Origin: Candidatus Latescibacterota bacterium
Lineage (GTDB): Bacteria; Latescibacterota; UBA2968; GCA-2709665
Assembly (NCBI GenBank): GCA_963662665.2
Contig: CAXXJS010000039.1
Span: 1-21,212, forward strand
DNA length: 21,212 nt
Reading direction: 5' to 3'
The notes beneath the pieces were generated by a model, which worked only from the letters and a program-made list of their open reading frames with translations, was not told where the DNA came from and did not search any database. Within the stretch, counting starts at the first letter, position 1. Each line of letters begins with the position of its first letter. The position numbers were made by a program, and so were the translations under genes. Positions 17,167 through 21,212 of this stretch are shown in pieces.

Positions 17167-17943
17167 TCAGGTACGATTGCCATAGACCCCGTCCAGGTCT
17201 TGCGAAGTCTCCTGGAGCATCTGCAGGAATGCCATGAACTCGCTGCCGTATGCGATCAGCCTCGCGCCCATGTCATGCAACTCTTGAACATGCTCCGCGG
17301 AAGCCGCCGGACATCCCCACGCCACACCCCGTTCGCCCGCGACGTCCGCGACCTTCCGGATGGCTTCGTCAAGTGTGTATCCCGGTTTCAGCCTGTCGAT
17401 CCTCAAAGCGAGGTCGCCCGGTCCGATAAACAGGCCGTCGACACCCGCCGTGGATGCGATCGCGTCCAGGTTTTCCAGGGCCAGGGGCGTTTCGATTTGA
17501 ACGACGAGGAAGGTCTGGCGGTTGGCATCGTCCACATATGTTTCCCCGCCTGATACATAGAAGTCGGCATCGAGCCCGGCCGCGTCCTGGCCGCGGTCGC
17601 CAACCGGCGGAAACTTCACGGCGTCAACCAGCATCCGCGCCTTTTCCGGCGTGGACACGTGCGGAATCATCAGTCCCGTCGCGCCGTCTTCCAGATATCG
17701 ATACAGCCTTGTCCTCTCCGTCGTCGGCGGGCGGAACATGCAGTCGATGTCGAACAGGTGGAAGTAGGCGAGCATTGACTGGATTTCCCGGTCTGTAAAA
17801 CACCGATGCTCCCCGTCCAGCCAGATACAGTCGTAGCCCGCGTTTGCGGCCATCCGGATGTACGCGGGTATGAAATGACCGAGTCCGCAAATCCGGGCCG
17901 GCTCGCCATCGCGTATTTTCGCAAGCAGTTTACTCTTACGCAT
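17167..17943 (-). CDS. HpcH/HpaI family class II pyruvate aldolase
   Basis: WLDGEH, DGATGLMIPHV, KFPPVGDRG, VQIET, LFIGPGDL. Start at ATG 17943 after AGGAG. Confidence 0.93.
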   Translation of the reverse strand: MRKSKLLAKIRDGEPARICGLGHFIPAYIRMAANAGYDCIWLDGEHRCFTDREIQSMLAYFHLFDIDCMFRPPTTERTRLYRYLEDGATGLMIPHVSTPEKARMLVDAVKFPPVGDRGQDAAGLDADFYVSGGETYVDDANRQTFLVVQIETPLALENLDAIASTAGVDGLFIGPGDLALRIDRLKPGYTLDEAIRKVADVAGERGVAWGCPAASAEHVQELHDMGARLIAYGSEFMAFLQMLQETSQDLDGVYGNRT

Positions 17944-18178
17944 ATTTGTGACTCCTGGAGAAAGGATTGACGCTATCCGGACCCCGTGATTCGGGCCCTG
18001 TACAATGGGGACCAGAAATTGGCTTGGGATGTGCATCCTGGAAGGTTATACCATACGGGATACGCGACAGGAACACCAGCATCTTCTGACGCGGATCGGC
18101 GGACATTCCGGAGACAGGAATTCCTCACACAGAGACACGAAGGGACACAAAGGTAAAGCCGGAAACAGCGACAAAGCC

Positions 18179-18253
18179 GGCAACCACAAGGGTTGCCCCT
18201 ACAAACCCACAAATAGTCGCGGGTGAAGTGGGCGACCGGCCGGTCGCCCCTAC
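18179..18253 (-). repeat. Two tandem GTAG-type REP palindromes
   Basis: ggcaaccacaagggttgccc-ctac (18179-18202) and gggcgaccggccggtcgccc-ctac (18230-18253), in the same orientation. Confidence 0.8.
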
Positions 18254-18397
18254 CAAAGCCGTGCATCCGGGTATCGGCATCGCCTGGCCATATCGCGAAC
18301 GTCCGGGACATGGTGAAGTCCTCTCCCGGCTACCCTCTTACCTCTAACCGAATCTGGCTGACAGCTTCTTTTCAAATCATAACGATCGGAGAAACCT

Positions 18398-19519
18398 ATG
18401 GCCAAATATCGAGCCGGAGTAATCGGTCTGGGCTGGATGGGCATGCTCTACGATCTGGCAACCCGCATCCCCGACCTGTTCGACGTCGACGACGTGGACC
18501 GTCCGACGCCCGAACTGGACGTCCATCGCCGGTTCTACCACCACGACCATCCGGGCACCGAAGGGAATCCGACCACTTATGCGGAGGCGCTGCACACCCG
18601 TCCCGAGGTGGAACTGGTGGCTGCAGCCGACCGGGATCCGAAACGGCTCGCGGCGTTCACCGAACGCTACGGCATCGAGGCAACCTACACGGATGCCGAA
18701 GAAATGCTGCGCGCCGAGCGTCCGGATATCGTGGCCATCGCCACGAATACGAAAGGACGCGCCGACCTGACCTGTCTGGCCGTGGCCTACGGCGCACGCG
18801 GCATCGTTACCGACAAGCCGATGTGCCACACGCTCGAGGAGGCGGACCGCATGGTTTCAACCTGTGCTGATGCGGGCGTCCCGCTCAGTTGTGGCGCGAT
18901 CACGACGACCCATCCCTCTTTCGGTAAAGCCAGGGAACTGGTACAAAGCGGGGCCATTGGGGACATCCGGTCGATCGAGGCCGACTCGCCGTTCGCCCAG
19001 CACCAGAACTGGTCGTACTTCCTGGATAGCGCGCCTGCCTGGGTGTCGGGAATCGGAGACCTGCCCCGCCGGGGAGCGGGCACCGACGAGTTCGACGGAC
19101 CCGGAGGAAGCGACGAGTTCAGGGGCCAGGGAATCATGGTCACGGCGGACCGGACGGTCGTACACTTTCGGGCGGGAGCACCGGGGGTCCGGCTGGAAGG
19201 GAGCACGGGAGAGATCGAGTTCGTAGCCCACCGCCTATGGCGCCTGAGACGGCAGTTGGAGACGACCGGTAACGTTCGGGTCGAGATGCCGTGGCCGGAG
19301 CCGCAGTTTGTGTATCCCTACGGCGCGGTCTACTCGCTGAACGACGTGATCGACTGCATGGAAGGCCGTCTGGACGAGCCCAAGAACTCGGGTCGGCGGA
19401 TTGCCGTCGCCCTGGAAGTCGAGATCGCGCTGAAGCTCTCTTCGGCGCGAGACGGAGAGCGCGTGGCGCTTCCACTTGAGGATCGATCTCTCGGGCTGAA
19501 TTACGACTGGTTCCGTTAG
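18398..19519 (+). CDS. Gfo/Idh/MocA family oxidoreductase
   Basis: GVIGLGWMG Rossmann motif, ELVAAAD, PDIVAIAT, DKPM (EKP variant), SGAIGDI. Confidence 0.9.
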   Translation: MAKYRAGVIGLGWMGMLYDLATRIPDLFDVDDVDRPTPELDVHRRFYHHDHPGTEGNPTTYAEALHTRPEVELVAAADRDPKRLAAFTERYGIEATYTDAEEMLRAERPDIVAIATNTKGRADLTCLAVAYGARGIVTDKPMCHTLEEADRMVSTCADAGVPLSCGAITTTHPSFGKARELVQSGAIGDIRSIEADSPFAQHQNWSYFLDSAPAWVSGIGDLPRRGAGTDEFDGPGGSDEFRGQGIMVTADRTVVHFRAGAPGVRLEGSTGEIEFVAHRLWRLRRQLETTGNVRVEMPWPEPQFVYPYGAVYSLNDVIDCMEGRLDEPKNSGRRIAVALEVEIALKLSSARDGERVALPLEDRSLGLNYDWFR

Positions 19520-19562
19520 AGAAAATGAACTGCGTTCCAGATCCCGTGGCCGTGGCGGGGCC

Positions 19563-20543
19563 CTACGCCCACGGGACCGGAAGAACAAACTCGCCGGCAA
19601 GGCCCTCGAGCGACGATACCGCTTTCGCACTGACGGGAATGCCGTTCTCCCGATAGTCGGCCTCTTTCTCCCAGGCCCTCTGCCCCGGCAGACCCGCATT
19701 GGGGAGACCGGACAACGGCTGCATTTTCGCGGTCTCGCCCATCAGGTAGTCCATGTCCGCCTTGAAGGCGTTGGGAGAGGTGAAGCGGCTCACGTCCAGC
19801 GCCATATGAAATCCGGACTGGTCGGCGCCCTTGAACTTCGTGGCACGACGGTCGAATTCAGGGAGCATCTGCCCCCCCAGGGTCCCCGAGAGGATGTTGG
19901 CCACGTGAGACATGCCGATGGCCTTCACGAATACCGCCGGATTCCTGCGGACGTCCTCGTCGTCCGCCACGAAATGGCTGGCATAATCGAGCAGGAAGTT
20001 GGGCCGACCGGGGCCCGCGGGCATCCCGAATGCCAGCGGCGGGCTGCCCTGGATAGAACCGCGGATGCTGTTGGCGCGGTTGTAGGACGGCGCGGCGCTC
20101 CGTCCTGAGAGGCTGATGCCGATAAGGTCCTCCTTCTGGGCCATCCGCACGTACTTCCCCGAGCTGCCCAGATGGTCGTGATAGACAGTCGTGACCACGC
20201 CGACGCCCAGTTCTTTGGCCCTGGCAATGGCCATCCGCATCGCTTGTGTGGCAACGATCATCCCCAGGCCGCCGTCCCCGTTGAGCGCGGCGGTTGCGGG
20301 GCCTTCGTGGAGGACCCGGATGGTCGGATCCGGATTGGCGCGTCCTTCCTGGAATGAGCGGACGTAGCGCTCCACCTGCATCACGCCGTGGCTGACCACG
20401 CCCCGCAGTTCGGTGTCTACGAGCAGATCGGCGATCAGCCGGGCGTGCTCCGGGGGCAGAGGGACGGCCTCGTAGATCTCGCGTACAAGGCGGCGCATGT
20501 CTTCGACGGGAACGCGAATTCCGTCTTTGGGTGGGACGTTCAT
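19563..20543 (-). CDS. Ldh_2 family oxidoreductase (second, divergent paralog)
   Basis: RGVVSHGV, GDGGLG, DHLGSSGKY, GSPPLAFG, LLDYA, LPG; AAGGAG SD. Confidence 0.88.
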   Translation of the reverse strand: MNVPPKDGIRVPVEDMRRLVREIYEAVPLPPEHARLIADLLVDTELRGVVSHGVMQVERYVRSFQEGRANPDPTIRVLHEGPATAALNGDGGLGMIVATQAMRMAIARAKELGVGVVTTVYHDHLGSSGKYVRMAQKEDLIGISLSGRSAAPSYNRANSIRGSIQGSPPLAFGMPAGPGRPNFLLDYASHFVADDEDVRRNPAVFVKAIGMSHVANILSGTLGGQMLPEFDRRATKFKGADQSGFHMALDVSRFTSPNAFKADMDYLMGETAKMQPLSGLPNAGLPGQRAWEKEADYRENGIPVSAKAVSSLEGLAGEFVLPVPWA

Positions 20544-20580
20544 GGATTGTCTCCTTGATTGGTGATGAACCCGGCCATGG

Positions 20581-20679
20581 CAGCCCGTTGAAAACGTCCA
20601 TCCGGGCTGCGGCCGGCCCTTGCGGTAGAAATACTGCGTTGCGCTCCCTCACCTGCAGAGCGACTTTATCAACGGACTG
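20581..20679 (+). mobile_element. 99-bp miniature inverted-repeat element (MITE-like)
   Basis: 18-bp imperfect TIRs: cagcccgttgaaaacgtc (20581-20598) and gactttatcaacggactg (20662-20679), 3 mismatches. A related copy lies at 7985-8054. Confidence 0.7.
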
Positions 20680-20688
20680 TCAGGAAAT

Positions 20689-21212
20689 ATGGGACCCTCT
20701 TCGCAACTGACGCAAGTACGGTTGGGACAGACCGATCTCCCGGTCACGCGCTACTGCCAGGGCACGGCCTTCCGCCACCTGGAGGGGAACGCACGCAATC
20801 CCCGGGCGGAGCGGGTGCTGCGGCATTGCCTGGACGCGGGCGTCAACTTCTTCGACTCCGCACAGGAGTACGGATGGGGCGCCTCGGAGGAACTGCTCGG
20901 AAGTGTGCTGGCGGGCCGCCGGGACAGCGCCGTCATCTGCACGAAGGTGCCGCCGACACATCCTCCCGCACGCGATGGAGGCGCGAGTGGTCCGGCGAGA
21001 TTCACCCGGGAGTTCCTGACACGGCAGCTCGAGAGGTCGTTGAAGCGTATGCGCACCGATTTCGTCGACATGTATCTGCTGCACTCGCCGGACGAGAGGA
21101 CCCCCGCTGCGGAGATCTGTGAATCAATGGATCGTCTCATCCGGGCCGGAAAAACGCGTTTCTGGGGCCTGTCAAATCACGACGCGGCATTCGTGGCGGC
21201 TTGCTGTGCGTT
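20689..21212 (+). CDS. Aldo/keto reductase (3'-partial; not in the supplied ORF track)
   Basis: Manual translation from ATG 20689 gives MGPSSQLTQVRLGQTDLPVTRYCQGTAF...GVNFFDSAQEYGWGASEELLG...ICTKV...SLKRMRTDFVDMYLLHSPD. The frame runs off the window end. Confidence 0.92.
   Translation, partial: MGPSSQLTQVRLGQTDLPVTRYCQGTAFRHLEGNARNPRAERVLRHCLDAGVNFFDSAQEYGWGASEELLGSVLAGRRDSAVICTKVPPTHPPARDGGASGPARFTREFLTRQLERSLKRMRTDFVDMYLLHSPDERTPAAEICESMDRLIRAGKTRFWGLSNHDAAFVAACCA

Noticed and set aside
17967-18006. TTGACG ... TACAAT promoter on the + strand
   Set aside because: The 28-nt spacing is incompatible with a sigma70 promoter.
3906-18036. Extended N-termini in the ORF track (starts at 3950, 8013, 10205, 13429, 15735, 15977, 18036)
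   Set aside because: The extensions look non-coding, and downstream starts (mostly with clear SD sequences) coincide with family domain boundaries.
18179-18253. Possible mini-CRISPR (palindromic repeats with spacer)
   Set aside because: Only two non-identical units are present, they have GTAG-REP architecture, and there are no cas genes.
2207-20652. Many long overlapping or antisense ORFs in the track (e.g. 2949-3641, 4330-5031, 5695-6666, 7258-8004, 12554-13324, 16136-16951, 19858-20652)
   Set aside because: These are shadow frames of GC-rich genes. They are Arg/Gly/Pro-biased, carry no motifs and overlap confidently assigned CDSs.
2129-21212. Whole region as a single biosynthetic gene cluster
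   Set aside because: There is no scaffold-forming enzyme (NRPS, PKS, RiPP or terpene). Orientation alternates, with separate promoters and terminators.

Overview
GC-rich bacterial window made mostly of singly transcribed catabolic 'toolkit' genes. These are 3 PhyH-type Fe(II)/2-oxoglutarate dioxygenases, 2 aldo/keto reductases, 2 Ldh_2-family dehydrogenases, an enolase-superfamily enzyme, an HpcH aldolase, a Gfo/Idh/MocA oxidoreductase, an extended SDR, DUF1080, an Asp-box sialidase-like protein, a Rid protein, a VOC protein, a thioredoxin-like protein, 2 methyltransferases and an alpha/beta hydrolase. The content is reminiscent of Latescibacterota/Poribacteria-like heterotrophs (inference only). 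The main signals are: (1) an AT-richer islet (~1000-2040) with a probable type II toxin-antitoxin pair, whose RelE/ParE-like toxin is split into two frames joined by an in-frame A_AAA_AAG -1 slippery heptamer, with an unusual 163-aa partner upstream; (2) a ~99-bp TIR-bounded miniature element present as one full copy, one partial copy and one solo end; (3) several GTAG-type REP palindromes, one of which supplies the C-terminus and stop codon of a gene; (4) a 5'-truncated amidohydrolase remnant. No rRNA, tRNA, CRISPR array or transposase was seen. All family calls come from motif recognition by eye, not from database searches.
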